Shown here one piece after another: positions 37,693 to 49,790 of a stretch of 64,000 nucleotides of DNA (the stretch's first letter is position 1; each line of letters opens with the position of its first letter). Location of the stretch: positions 1-64,000 of the forward strand of contig CAUYUJ010000258.1 of NCBI GenBank assembly GCA_963575745.1, given 5' to 3'. The position numbers and the translations under genes were made by a program. This DNA comes from Prorocentrum cordatum (lineage: Eukaryota). Below the pieces are notes generated by a model. The model was not told the DNA's origin. It saw nothing but the letters and a program-made list of their open reading frames with translations, and ran no database searches.

Positions 37693-39080
37693 GTGTGTGT
37701 GTCTCTGTGTGTGTGTGTGCGTGCGTGTGTGTGTGTTTGTGTGTGTGTGTTTGTGTGTTTGTGTGTTTGTGTGTTTGTGTGTTTGTGTGCTTGTGTGTTT
37801 GTGTGTTTGTGTGTTTGTGTGTTTGTGTGTTTGTGTGTTTGTGTGTGTTTGTGTGTTTGTGTGTTTGTGTGTTTGTGTGTTTGTGTGTTTGTGTGTTTGT
37901 GTGTTTGTGTGCTTGTGTGTTTGTGTGTTTGTGTGCTTGTGTGTTTGTGTGTTTGTGTGTTTGTGTGTTTGTGTGTTTGTGTGTTTGTGTGTTTGTGTGT
38001 TTGTGTGTTTGTGTGTTTGTGTGTGTTGTGTGTTTGTGTGTTTGTGTGTTTGTGTGTTTGTGTGTTTGTGTGTTTGTGTGTTTGTGTGTTTGTGTGTTTG
38101 TGTGTTTGTGTGTTGTGTGTTTGTGTGTTTGTGTGCTTGTGTGCTTGTGTGCTTGTGTGCTTGTGTGCTTGTGTGCTTGTGTGCTTGTGTGCTTGTGTGC
38201 TTGTGTGCTTGTGTGCTTGTGTGCTTGCTTGCGTGCTTGTGTGCTTGTGTGCTTGTGCTTGCGTGCTTGCGTGCTTGCGTGCTTGCGTGCTTGCGTGCTT
38301 GCGTGCTTGCGTGCTTGCGTGCTTGCGTGCTTGCGTGCTTGCGTGCTTGCGTGCTTGCGTGCTTGCGTGCTTGCGTGCTTGCGTGCTTGCGTGCTTGCGT
38401 GCTTGCGTGCTTGCGTGCTTGCGTGCTTGCGTGCTTGCGTGTTTGCGTGTTTGCGTGTTTGCGTGTTTGCGTGTTTGCGTGTTTGCGTGTTTGCGTGTTT
38501 GCGTGTTTGCGTGTTGCGTGTTTGCGTGTTTGCGTGTTTGCGTGTTTGCGTGTTTGCGTGTTTGCGTGTTTGCGTGTTTGCGTGTTTGCGTGTTTGCGTG
38601 TTTGTGTTTGCGTGTTTGCGTGTTTGTGTGTTTGTGTGTTTGTGTGTTTGTGTGTTTGTGTGTTTGTGTGTTTTTGTGTTTGTGTGTTTGTGTGTTTGTG
38701 TGTTTGTGTGTTTGTGTGTTTGTGTGTTTGTGTGTTTGTGTGTTTGTGTGTTTGTGTGTTTGTGTGTTTGTGTGTTGTGTGTGTTTGTGTGTTTGTGTGT
38801 TTGTGTGTGTGTGTTTGTGTGTTTGTGTGTTTTGTGTGTTTGTGTGTTGTTTGTGTGTTTGTGTGTTTGTGTTTGTGTGTTTGTGTGTTTGTGTGTTTGT
38901 GTGTTTGTGTTTGTGTGTTTGTGTGTTTGTGTGTGTGTGTGTGTTTGTGTGCTTGTGTGTTTGTGTGTTTGTGTGTTTGTGTGTTTGTGTGTTTGTGTGT
39001 TTGCGTGTTTGTGTGTGTGTGTGTGTGTGTGTTTGTGTGTTTGTGTGTTTGTGTGTGTGCGTGTGTGTGTGTGTGTGCGC
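37520..39080. repeat. 8-bp minisatellite (GTGTGTTT)n with GCGTGCTT/GCGTGTTT variant blocks
   Basis: Direct inspection. Confidence 0.95.
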
Positions 39081-39379
39081 GCCTCCCGCGCTCTCTCTTT
39101 GTTGTCTTTTTCCCTATGTATACATGGCAGGTATGTATATATGCACAGCTGCATGCATGTGTACGTGTAAAGTAATACCTCTCTGTACCCTCACACTCAT
39201 ATATTTGTATATGTCTAGAGAGTCATAATTGTATACAATTCACCTAGCGTGTTTATACACATATGTATGTATGCACGTAGTTATGTAGCTATGTATGCTT
39301 GCATGCATGCATGCATGCATGCATGAATGTATGTATGTATGTATGCATGCATGTGGGCATGCATGTACCGAAGACGCCA

Positions 39380-42300
39380 GCGTCGAATCGCTGGCGCCCC
39401 CTGCCTTTTGGGACGCGCCTATGTGGCCATTCGTTTGGGCAAAGTTCGGCCATGCTATTGGTTCATGCGTTCCCCCAGCCGTTGTGCAAGCCCTTCGGGG
39501 AACACGTGGGGGAGGAAGAGGAGGATAAGGAGAGGAAGGAAAAGTGAGGATGATGAGAAGGATGAGGAGACCTCTTGGTAGTTTCTTGGGCCATTCTTGA
39601 GGGCTCCTGTGAGCTTCTGGTGCCACTTGGATGCCTTCTGGGGGCCTCCTTGGACCTTTTGTTGCAGACTTGGGGGGGCTTCTTGGGGGCTTCTTTGGCC
39701 GTCTTGCGTCGTGCCTGGCCCGTCTGACGCCGTCAGAAGCCGTCTTGGGAGCCTCTCTGGGCCGTCTTGGGGCCCTGTTGGGGCGTTTCAGGGTCGTCTT
39801 GAAGGCCATCTCGGGACTCTTGGAGGTCTCTTGGGCCGTCTTGGGGTCCTCCGGGGGCCGTTTTGGGAGCCTCTTGGGGCGTACTGGGGCCATCTTGGAA
39901 GCCTCTTAGGCGATCTTGGGGCAATCTTGGATTTGGGCCGTCTTGGGCCGTCGGAAAGCCGTCGTGAAGCAAGTGCCAAACTCTTTCAAACACATGTTGG
40001 GAAATCAATGATTCTTGCCTCTACTGGCCTTCCTGGAGGACCTCTTGGAGGCATCTTGGGCCGTCTTAGTAGCCTCTTGGGCCCTTGTTGGGTCGTGCTG
40101 GGCTCTCTTGGACCATCTTGGCGGTCTTGGAGGCATCTTCGGACCGTCTCGGAGGCCATCTTGGGGCTATCTTGGGCTCTCTCAGGGCAATCTTGCCCGT
40201 CTTGGAGGCATCCTGGAGGCCGTCCTGGGCCATCTTGGACGTCTTGGAGGCGATTTGACGACTGAGGGGTGGATTTTTCCGAGCTTTCAGGGTGGCTGGC
40301 GGGCTGGGCCGAAGCCCCAGGGAGAGTTCTTTAGAATAGAACAAAAAGACCTCCCAGACATAAAGCACGCCGTGCACCCCTGCGGCAAACCACAGGGGGC
40401 GGCGGATCGAAGACGCCTACGGCGAATCACCGCCGCCCCCCGCCCCTTTGGAAGCGCCTCTGTGGCCGACAGCTGGGCCAGAGCTTGGCCAAGCTATCGG
40501 ACCATGTGTTCCCCGAGTCGGTTTGGAAAGACTTCGGGGAACGCATGGGGGAGCAAGAAGAGGAGGGGGAGGCGGAGGAAGAAAGAGGAGGAGGAGGAGG
40601 AGGAGGAGGAGGAGGCGGAGGAGGCCTCTTGGGCGTCTCTTGGGTCACTTTTGTGGCCTCCTGGGAGCTTCCTGGGGGCCTCTTGAAGGGTTTTTGGATG
40701 CCCTTGGGGGCTTCTTGGGGGCTTCTTTGGCCGTCTTAGGGAGTTCCTGGCTTGTCTGACGCCGTCGAAAGCCGTCTTGGGGGCCTGTCTGGGTCGTCTT
40801 GGTGCCCTCTTGGGGCCATATCAGGGGTTCTTAAAGGCCATCTTGGGCGTCTTGGAGGCCTCTTGGGCCGTTTTGGGGCCGTCTTGGGAGCCTTTTGGGC
40901 CGTCATGGGGCCATCTTGCAGTCCTCTTGGGCGATCTTGGGGACCGCTTGGGCCGTCGTCAGCCGTCGGAAAGCCCTCGTGAAGCAAATGCCAAAATCCT
41001 TCGAATACCTAAGGCCAATCACTGATTTTGGCATCTTCGTGTCCTCCTGGAAAACCTCCTGGCCGCCTCTTGGGCCGTCTTGGAGGCCTCTTGGGGGCCT
41101 CTTTGGCCGTCTTGGGCCATCTTGAGGCCATCTTAGGCCGTCTTGGGTGCATCTTGGGCCGTCTTGGAGGCATCTTAGGCCATCTTAGTCGTCTTGAAGG
41201 CCATTTTGGCAGTCTTGAATGCCTCTTGGGCCCTCTTGGGGCCGTCTTGGGGGCCTCTTGGGCCGTCATGGGGCCATCTTGCAGGCCTCTTGGGCGATCT
41301 TGGGGGCCTCTTGGGCCGTCGTCAGCCGTCGGAAAGCCGAAAAGAAGCAAGTGCCAACATCCTTCAAACACCTAAGGGACATCACTGATTTTAGCCTTTT
41401 CGGGCCCTCCTGGAGGACCTCTTGGAGGCCTCGTGGGCCGTCTTGGAGGCCTCTCGGGGCCTCTTGAGCAGTCTGAGTCCTTCTGGAGGCCATCTTAGGC
41501 CGTCTTGGGTGCATCTTGGGCCGTTTTGGATGCATCTTGGGGCCATCTTAGACGTCTTGGAAGCCATATTGGGCGTCTTGGAGGCCTCTTGGGCCGTCTT
41601 GGGGCCCTCTTGGGGCCGTCTTGGGGGCCTCTTGGGCCGTCATGGGGCCATCTTGCAGACCTCGTGGGCGATCTTGGGGCCATCTTGGGGACCTCTTGGA
41701 CCGTCTTCAGCCGTCGGAATGCCGAGAAGAAGCAAATGCCCAAATCCTTTAGAACACCTAAGGCACATCACTGATTTTGGCCTCTTCGGGCCCTCCTTGA
41801 GGATCTCTTGAAGGCGACTTGGGGGGCTCTTGGGGGCCTCTTGGGCCGTCTGGAACCATCGTCTTGGGTGCATCTTAGCCGTCTTGGAGGCCATCTTGGC
41901 CGTCTTGGAAGCATCTTGGAGGCCATCTTGGGCCATCTTGGGGCCATCTGGGGCAGGACAACCCTCGGCAACCACATCTGGAAGATCCTTTCGGGTGGCC
42001 GGCGGGACGGGCCGAAGCCCCAGGGGGAGTTCTTTTGGATTAAAAGAACCAACACAAAAACCGAAATCGTCTAGCACGCCAGGTACCCCTGCGATGAATC
42101 GACATGGGGCGGCGGATCGAAGACGCCTACGGCGAAGCACCGCCGCCCCCTGCCTTTGTGGAAGCGCCTATGTGGCCGAACGTTGGGGTCAGACCTGCCA
42201 AGCTATCGGACCATGTGTTCCCCGAATCGGTTTGGAAAGCCTTCGGGGAACACGTGGGCATCTTGAAGGTCATCTTGGCCGCCTGGAGGCCATTTGGACC

Positions 42301-44340
42301 CTTTCGGGTCTTCTTGGAGGACGTCTTGGAGGGCTCTTGGGCCGTCTCGGAGGCCATCTTGAGCGTCTTGGAGGCCTCTTGGGCCGTCTTGGGGGCCTCT
42401 TGGGGCCGTCTTGGGCCTCTTGGGCGATCTTTGGGGGCACTCGGGTCGTGTTGGGCCGTCGGAAGGCCGAACAAAAAGCAAATGCCACAATCCTTCAAAA
42501 ACTCATGGGACATGAATCATTTTGGCCTTCTCTGGCCTTCCTGGAGGCCCTCTTGGAAGCCTCTTGGGCCGTCTTGGGCCATCTTGGTGCCATCTTCGGC
42601 CGTCTTGGTGGGCCCCTGGCCCGTGCGACGCCGTCGAAAGCTGTTTGGGGGACCTCTCTGAGCCGACTTGGGGCCCTCTTGGAATGCTCGAGGGCCGTCT
42701 TGGAGCCCATCTTGGGCGTCTTAAAAGGCTTCCTGGGCCGTCTCGGGGGCCTCTTGGGGCCGTCTTGGGGGCCTCTAGGGCCGTTCTGGGGCCATCTTGG
42801 AGGCCTCTTGGGCGATCTTTGGGCGATCTTTGGGGCTCTTGGGCCGTATCGGGCCGTCGGAAAGCCGAAACGAAGCAAATGTCAAAATCCATCAAGCACC
42901 TACGGGAAATCCGTAGTGTTTTCGGCCTTTCCTGGCCTCATGGAGGCCCTCTTGGAGGCCTCTTGGGCCGTCTTGGGCCAGCTTCGAGCCAACTTCGGCC
43001 ATCTTGGTGGGCTCCTGGCCCGTCTGACGCCGTCGGAAGCCGTTTGGGGGGCCTCTCTGGGCCGACTTGGGGCCCTCTTGGGGTGCTCCAGGGCCGTCTT
43101 AGAGGCCACCTTGGGCGTCTTGGAGGCCTCCTGGGCCGTCTTTGTGCCCTCTTGGGGCCGTCTGGGGGCCTCTTGGGCAGTCCTAAGGCCATTTTGGAGG
43201 CCTCTTGGGTGCTCTGGGGGCGATCTTGGGGGCCTCTTGGGCCGTCTCGGGTCGTCGGGAAGCCGAAAAGGAGCAAATACGAAAAACCTTTCAAAACCTT
43301 AGCACAATTGATGATTTTGGCCTCTTTGAACTCTCCTGGAGGACCTCTCGGAGGCCTCTTGGGCCGTCTTGGAGGCCTCTTGGGCACCTCTTGGGCCGTC
43401 TTGGGCCGTCTTGGAGGTTTCTTGGGCGGACTTGGAGGCATCTCCTTCTCTCTTGGGCTGTCTTGGAGGCCATCTTGGACCATCTTGGAGGCCATCTTGG
43501 GCCAACGTGGCCATCTTGGAGGCCATCTTGAGCCGTCTTGGAGGAACAATTGGGAATTGGGCGATGGCTTGGGCGTCCTATGGGTCTTGCGGGGGCCCCA
43601 GCAGGACGCACCAGAGGCCAAGGGGGAGATCTTTTGGAGAAAGAACCAAAACCAAATCCGAGAGGGTCTAGCACGCCAGGCACCCCTGCGATGAATCGAC
43701 AGGGGGCGGCGGACCTGGTGGCCTTCGGCTCATCCCGCCACCGTGCCTGGGTTGTGGGTCTGGGGATTTTGGGAGGTTCGTTGGGATATCGTTGGAAGCT
43801 TCTCGGGTGCTCCTTGGAGGCAGTTGTGAAGCCTCGCAGTTGTGAAGCCTCTTGGCGCCGTTCGGGAGCCTCTCTTGGGTCTCTTGGGAGCCTCTTGTGG
43901 CCTCTTGTGGGCCTGCGGGAGCCCCTTGGGGCCTCTCGGGGGCCTCTTGAGGCTTTCTGGGGGCTTCTTGGGGCGGAAGGCTCGGATCGTCTGTTCATGT
44001 TCCCCCTCTTGGGGCCGTCCTGGGGCCCTCATCGGCTGTCTTGGGCGCGACTTGGACCGTTTCCGGGCCCTCTTGGAGCCTTCCTGGGGCCTCTGGGGTT
44101 GTCTTGCGGCGGTGTTGGGGACCTCTTGGGCCGTCTTGGAGCGTCGGAAGCTCGAAAAGGTGAGAGCTTCAAACGCAGACAAACCCAAAGAAAGTCCCTG
44201 GTTTTTGCCTCTTGGGGCTCTCTTGGGGGTTCTCTTGGAGCGCCCTCGGGGCCTCTTGGGGGCCTCATGGCCTGTCTTGGGGCCATCTTGGGCGAGTACG
44301 AGCGAGCTCCCTTGGGCCGCCCTGGCGGCCTGGGCGGCGT
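39380..44340. repeat. Higher-order tandem array of a CTTGG-rich repeat (GCCGTCTTGG/GCCTCTTGG/GCCATCTTGG subunits)
   Basis: Macro-units restart at GCGCCT(A/C)TGTGGCC (~39415, ~40454, ~42164) and end in GCACGCC-hairpin-GGCGGCGGA (~40365-40408, ~42073-42117, ~43671-43713). Confidence 0.85.
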
Positions 44341-45894
44341 TGCCGCCCCCCCCCCTTCCCTCCTTCCCCGGCGTAGCCGCCCCGACGCCCATTCTCCTGC
44401 CGCGCGGAAGCGGCTCCCCCCCCACCTCCCGAACGGCCTTGGAAATGGTAGGCCCCCCCACTTGACCCCGTTCCCTGGCAGAGCCCTCCCGCCCCCCCCC
44501 CCCCCCAGCAGAGCCGAAGCTCAGGCCGTAGCTTTTTGAACTCGCACGGGGGATCGTGTGATCTGTGGCCGAGGCTCGCCGTGGCCAGAAAAGCCCTTTC
44601 ATGCCCTCTTCAGCGTTCCTTGCGGTAGCACGATGGCTGTACTGTTGAGCTGGAAGAGTGTCTGGGGCCAGCCCTTTCAATCTTCCAGCCTTGGCAGGCT
44701 TTCCTCCAGTTTTTCCAGCGCTGGCGACCTCGCCCCATCTGTCTCGTGCCCGTTTCAGCCTCGCCCAGTTTTTCCAGTCCTGGCCACTTCTTCCACTTCC
44801 TGGTGGAATTTCCCATTGGCATCGCCCCTTCGTGGGGCGCTCTGCTCTCGCATCCGACGGGGGTTCTGCGCGGATTCGACGTGGATTTGGCCCGGGTTCG
44901 ACGCGGATTCGACGCATCCTTGTCGTCCTGCTCCCCCGCGCGAGATCTGCGGCGTGGCGGCGGGTCTCGGCCCCGCCGCGTGGGAAGCGCGCTCTCCCTC
45001 CCGACTCGTGGGCCGCGCCTCGCCGCGAATCCGCGCGCCCCCGCGATGCGATCCCTCCCTCGGGGGCGGCCACAGGGGCGAACAAAAAACCCCTGGGGAG
45101 AGCAGCACGCGTATCCAGGGGCGCCGATGGTCCATGTCTTCGGTGAGGCTTCTGGAGGGATGCGTGCAATGCCCGCCCCTGGGCTATTCGCCCTTGTCGT
45201 CGCCCCCGACTCCCCCCCTTTTCGCCCGACCCGACGCGTCGTGCGATGGGGGGCTGGCCGGGGCACCTTCGCGCCGCGGCCCTGGCTTCTATCCTGTCTC
45301 GCTCAAGCAGGGTCGACGCGTCCTAATCTGCCTACAGGCCCACCAGATATGCCCCAAGGGCGTTTTGTGTCTTGCGCGACATGCTCTTGGAACATTTCAG
45401 ATGCAGTCCTGAGGGGACGGGCAGACATGGGTACGATGTCCAACAGCAGTGCCTGTAGCTGTCCTCTGAAACCTTCTGACAAGATTTCTTGCCATTTTGA
45501 CAGCGTTTCCTGCCCATTTGGACACCAAGTGCTGTCAAATGGGCAGGAGCTGCTGCCAAACTGGCAAAATTGGTTGTTCGATATGGCCATGAAGGACAGC
45601 TAATCCTGCTCCAGATGAGAAGGCACTGCTTCCTGGACATCGTGCCCGTACTTTCCGTCCCCATTCCGAAATTTTCGAGTAGGAGATCGATTACAGAGTT
45701 GATTTGTCCCCAAATTGTGTTCTGTCGAGTCTGAGAGACGTGCGCAGAATGCTCCCGAGATCTGACCTGCGAACGTTCTACGCATTCTATATGGGCTTGA
45801 TGAGGAAATCAAGTTTTTTGGTACATCGATTCAGTTTTTGATCCCCTACTCGAGATCATCTTAGACTGCCAGGACGGTCGGTCCCCGCTCAATC

Positions 45895-46246
45895 GGGCGA
45901 CGAAATCTATACACATCCACTGCCCCCTGGCCGGGCCCTTCCTGGGCCTGGGAGCTGCGTGTATGCGCCCTCCTGGCCAAGCCATGGGGTATACACCGCT
46001 GCTGGGTTCAGGGTGGGCCTGGGCCTGGCCAGGGAGCAGTGGATATGTACAGTCGGGCCGCTGAAGAAGGAACCCTTCTCGTTGGGGAGGGGCTCAGTGC
46101 TTCTGACTCGTTTTTGTTGCAGTTTGTCTTAGGCATTCCTGAGGTTTTCCATGGGCGATCGAAGTTTAACTTATGGAACAGGGGGGCCTCGTTCCTTATG
46201 TATGGTTCCTTATGCCAGCGTTTCGCCTGTATAGATTTCGTCGCCC
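45895..46246. mobile_element. MITE with perfect 19-bp terminal inverted repeats (possibly hAT-derived)
   Basis: GGGCGACGAAATCTATACA (45895-45913) and its exact reverse complement TGTATAGATTTCGTCGCCC (46228-46246). Internal 29-bp inverted repeat 45910-45938 / 46021-46049. TSD degenerate. Confidence 0.7.
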
Positions 46247-46482
46247 TGCTCGACTCGTCCTCCCCAGCAGAGGTCTGGCGGGCCCCTGGCGTGCTGCACC
46301 GCCCGCTGCCTCGTGTCCCAGAAAAGGGGCGGCGCTCTCGCACGGGCTCCCTCTCGCTGCCTCTGCTCCTGCGCTCGTCGTCGAAGCAGAAGGAGTTGCA
46401 GCAGGGACAGACCAGGAGGACAACACTTTGGCGCAAAGAAGCGTCGATCGCCAGGGACATGCGGGACACAGGGGAGTGGAGG

Positions 46483-46669
46483 TATGAACTTATCAAAGCT
46501 CCCGAAGTCTTTGATCGCAATAAGAACAAGAAACCAGAAACACATCTGAGATGTTTTCCACAGCGCGCTCTGTCTGACTCAAGGGCCCTGCCACAATCCA
46601 GGGCCAAACGGTTGCGGTCGCACACGCACATGCACGAAGATAATACAGATGTACAGCGTATATCTCACA
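46483..46669 (-). repeat. 3' LTR (187 bp)
   Basis: Direct repeat of 53971-54158, bounded by the TSD GGAGG. Confidence 0.95.
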
Positions 46670-46833
46670 CCCGTGAAAGAGTAAACAAACAAATAAAACA
46701 GAGAGAAGCCTTCCCTTCAATCTGAAATAAAAATCCAAGACACAACAGATAAACATACCTAAGACTGCATAAACAAAAACAGGCATAAATACACTGCATT
46801 GTGATTCGTGAGAAAGTGTAACTAACTCAACAT

Positions 46834-49790
46834 CTAAAATAACAAATTCTCGCGCCGCATGCAAAGCAAAACCGCAAAATCTACAATCATAAACTCTCGC
46901 GCGGCATGCAAATCAAAACCGCAACGAAGAAATGAAATAATAAAAATTAGCTGTGAGCGTTCACTTGTGAACTCGGTCGTCACCTCGCCCGCTCTGCGAA
47001 CCCCTTGGGTCTCATGCTGAAACCTCCAGACGTCTCCGCTGAGCTTGTACGTCGTCATGCTCTGCACTCCCACCGTCCTGGCCATGTACACATCGCCCGA
47101 CGAGCCGCCCCGCTCCTCTCTTGGTGGCTCCTTCGGCTCGCGCTCCTCGATGCGCTCCATCTCGGCCTTCGCCCGTAGAACCGCCAGTTCCGTCTTATAC
47201 TTGTACTCGGCCTCCTTTGTCTTGATCAGGTAGGATGCAACCGGGTAGGCTCCCATTAACCCGAGAAGTAGGAACAACATGGCGAACCAGACCACAATGC
47301 CGTAGCCGTCGTCCTTGTCCTTCGTGTCGTAGCCTGCACGGGCCGCCGATCTGCAACAGCAAGTTGCGAAAACTGCCATCTGCATGAATGGGGTCGTCGC
47401 CTTCCGCGTCGCCGCCGATGTCACCGGCCTCGTCTGATCTATGCTCTCCTGTCGCTCCTCTTTGGTCTTCTTCTTCGCCGCCGTGTAGGTCGGGTCGTAC
47501 TTGAGCTGTAGCCTCCCATATCGCAAACGGTCGGCGAGGAGCTGCCTCGCCGCGATCTTCGTGAGCCCGTCCGCGTACTGCCTCTCTGAAGATACCCACC
47601 TCCAGCGTGTCATCGTAGCCTCCATCCTCTCGCGCAGCGCTAGCACCTCGATGCCGGTCCGCTTGTCCTGGAAGCTGGTGATGCTCTCCTTCTGGGCCGC
47701 GTCGTAGAGCGCCTTCGCGTCCACAACCAATGCCGACTCACCTGCCATGTGAGTGCTCTCGTCCTTCGTGATGTCCACGCCGTCGTAGATCATAGCTGCC
47801 CAGAATCGCTTCGCAAACTCCAGGCCGTCCATACCCGCTACTGCTGCCTGCGACTCCGCATGTAGTGAGGAACGTGCCATGCGCAGTAGCTTGAAGGACT
47901 TCCAGTCGATCACGCTGAAGTCGGACTCGTATCCGTCGAATGTCTTCTTGTGGCATGCCAAGATGACGTAGCCACCTTGACTGGACCCGTCTTGTCGAAC
48001 TCCCCAGGCCGCGTCCGTCATAGCTACGAACACTATGTCGCACACTTGGCCGATCTTCTTCATCTTGAGCCCGACGTCCGAGTTCTGCTTGTAGAACCGC
48101 AGCGTCTTGTTCGCCTCCTTGGCTGTGCCAACCGTCGCCGTAGGTAATTGGCCCTGGTGAATGCTGACCGAAGCCGAAAGGTGCGGGCACGCCTGAGAGC
48201 TTGGCCACTGCAACGCTCCGAGTAGGCCTCGTAGCTGCCGCTTCTCCTTGATCGTGAGCTCCCTTGTGTTGTCGCTACTCTTCTGGTCGATCGTGATGGG
48301 CTTCAGGTTCTTCGCGTAGGTCGCCATCTTCACCTCAATCTCGCTGCTATTCGACTTCGGGTTGTCCCAGTGCGGGGTCTGCGTCACGTCGCTGCCGCAG
48401 TAGTCCATCTTGTCGACCTCGATCCATTTCCTGAACTTGAACTTCCGCTTCACCTCGGTGATAACCCGACCGCAGTTACTGCCCGGCCGCCGATCTCCAC
48501 TTCCCAGCATATCGTCCACATAAAGTAGAAAGAACCCGTCGCAGTTGCCGTCCTCGTCGAAGCTGAGGAACATGCAGGGGTCCAGGGGATGCTGCTTTAG
48601 ATAGCTGGCCTTCAGGTCGTCCACCGCACGTAGCCACCAACGCCTTGGTGCGTCCACCTGGCCGTACATGGGCTTGATGAGCTTCATCAGGGTGTCCGGC
48701 TCGATGCCCATGAGCTCTGCCGCGTCTTTGGGCACCTTCGCGTATAGCTCACGCTCTTGGGGTCGTCCTTGAAGAAATGCAGTAGCTACGTCTGCTGTCC
48801 AAAGCCTCCAGCCGTTACTAGCCACCAGTAATAGCGCCATCTGTCTTGCCAATCTCGATGCTGTAGGCGATGCCGTCGGTACTGCGCCGCTGAGTGCGTC
48901 GGGGTCGTTGAAACCTTGCAGAACCAGCCGCGCCTTGGCACGTGGTGTGCCGTCGTCGTTGTTCGTCCACTTGAGCACCCGCTTCGCCTTGAGTATCCGC
49001 CGAGAGTCCTCCTCGCCGGTGGGCTTGTGAAACTCCCAGACGTCATTGCCGAAGAACTCCGTCAGCTCCTTCCGCTTGCCCTGCATGAACGCCGCGCGCT
49101 CGTGGGGCGTCATGTTCCTCGTACTGATGTCCACGAAGATGTCGCTGAGCTTTGCCTCCGTGCCGTCGAACTCCCAGCCGAATGGCAGGTCCTGACTGGT
49201 GACCATCAGCTGTAGAGCTGCAAGTTCGTCGTCCGCGTCGTCGAGGTCCGGTACTGGTACCGCGCTGCTCAGTCCAGGTTCGGGTAGCGTGCCTCGGAAG
49301 ACTCCTCCTCCAGGTCCGGTGAAAATCGCCGCCTCTGCTTTGTCCATCCCGAGCCGCTCCTTCTGAAGATTCGACATAAACCTCAACTGCGTCTGTGTAG
49401 ATCCGAGCTCCTGCTCCGATGATGGTACTGCCGCCGCTGATGACGATGATGCTGCTGGCTGCGCTGTCTGCGCTGGCTGTGCTGGCTGCGCCGCCGGTTG
49501 AGCTGCTGGCTGCTCTGGCTCTGGTGGGGGTGTCGTCGGCATCGGCTCCTGATCTGGCTGACCAGAGTTCGACGTCTGTCGACTGCCGTCGGGTGCTGGC
49601 GCCTCCGCGTCTGGAAGATCCTCCGCTGGAGCTGCCGCGGCTGGTGGCGCCTCTGGTGCTACTGAGGCTGCTGCCGCCGCTGACCCGGACGACGACGCCT
49701 GTGCTGGTACCTCCACCTCTGGGGCCGTCATAGGACGTGGACCGCCTCCTCGACGTCGCGTAGATGCTGGACCTTCGTCTCCGTCCTCCG
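46834..49790 (-). CDS. Copia RT + RNase H with C-terminal transmembrane/coiled-coil extension (3' part of pol, open frame)
   Basis: KARLVLQGF, TADVATAFLQG, LIKPMYGQVDAPRRW, LYVDDMLG (copia RT); MTDAAW, RSSLHAESQA, VVDAKALYD, QYADGLTK (RNase H). Confidence 0.92.

Noticed and set aside
39597..44539. Leu/Gly/Ala-rich ORFs up to 490 aa (e.g. 41830-43302)
   Set aside because: Overlapping open frames on both strands produced by the CTTGG satellite.
45795..45815. Hammerhead-ribozyme-like TTGATGAGGAAA
   Set aside because: Lacks the CUGANGA core and a stem II; better explained as a simple CTTGAT/ATCAAG hairpin.
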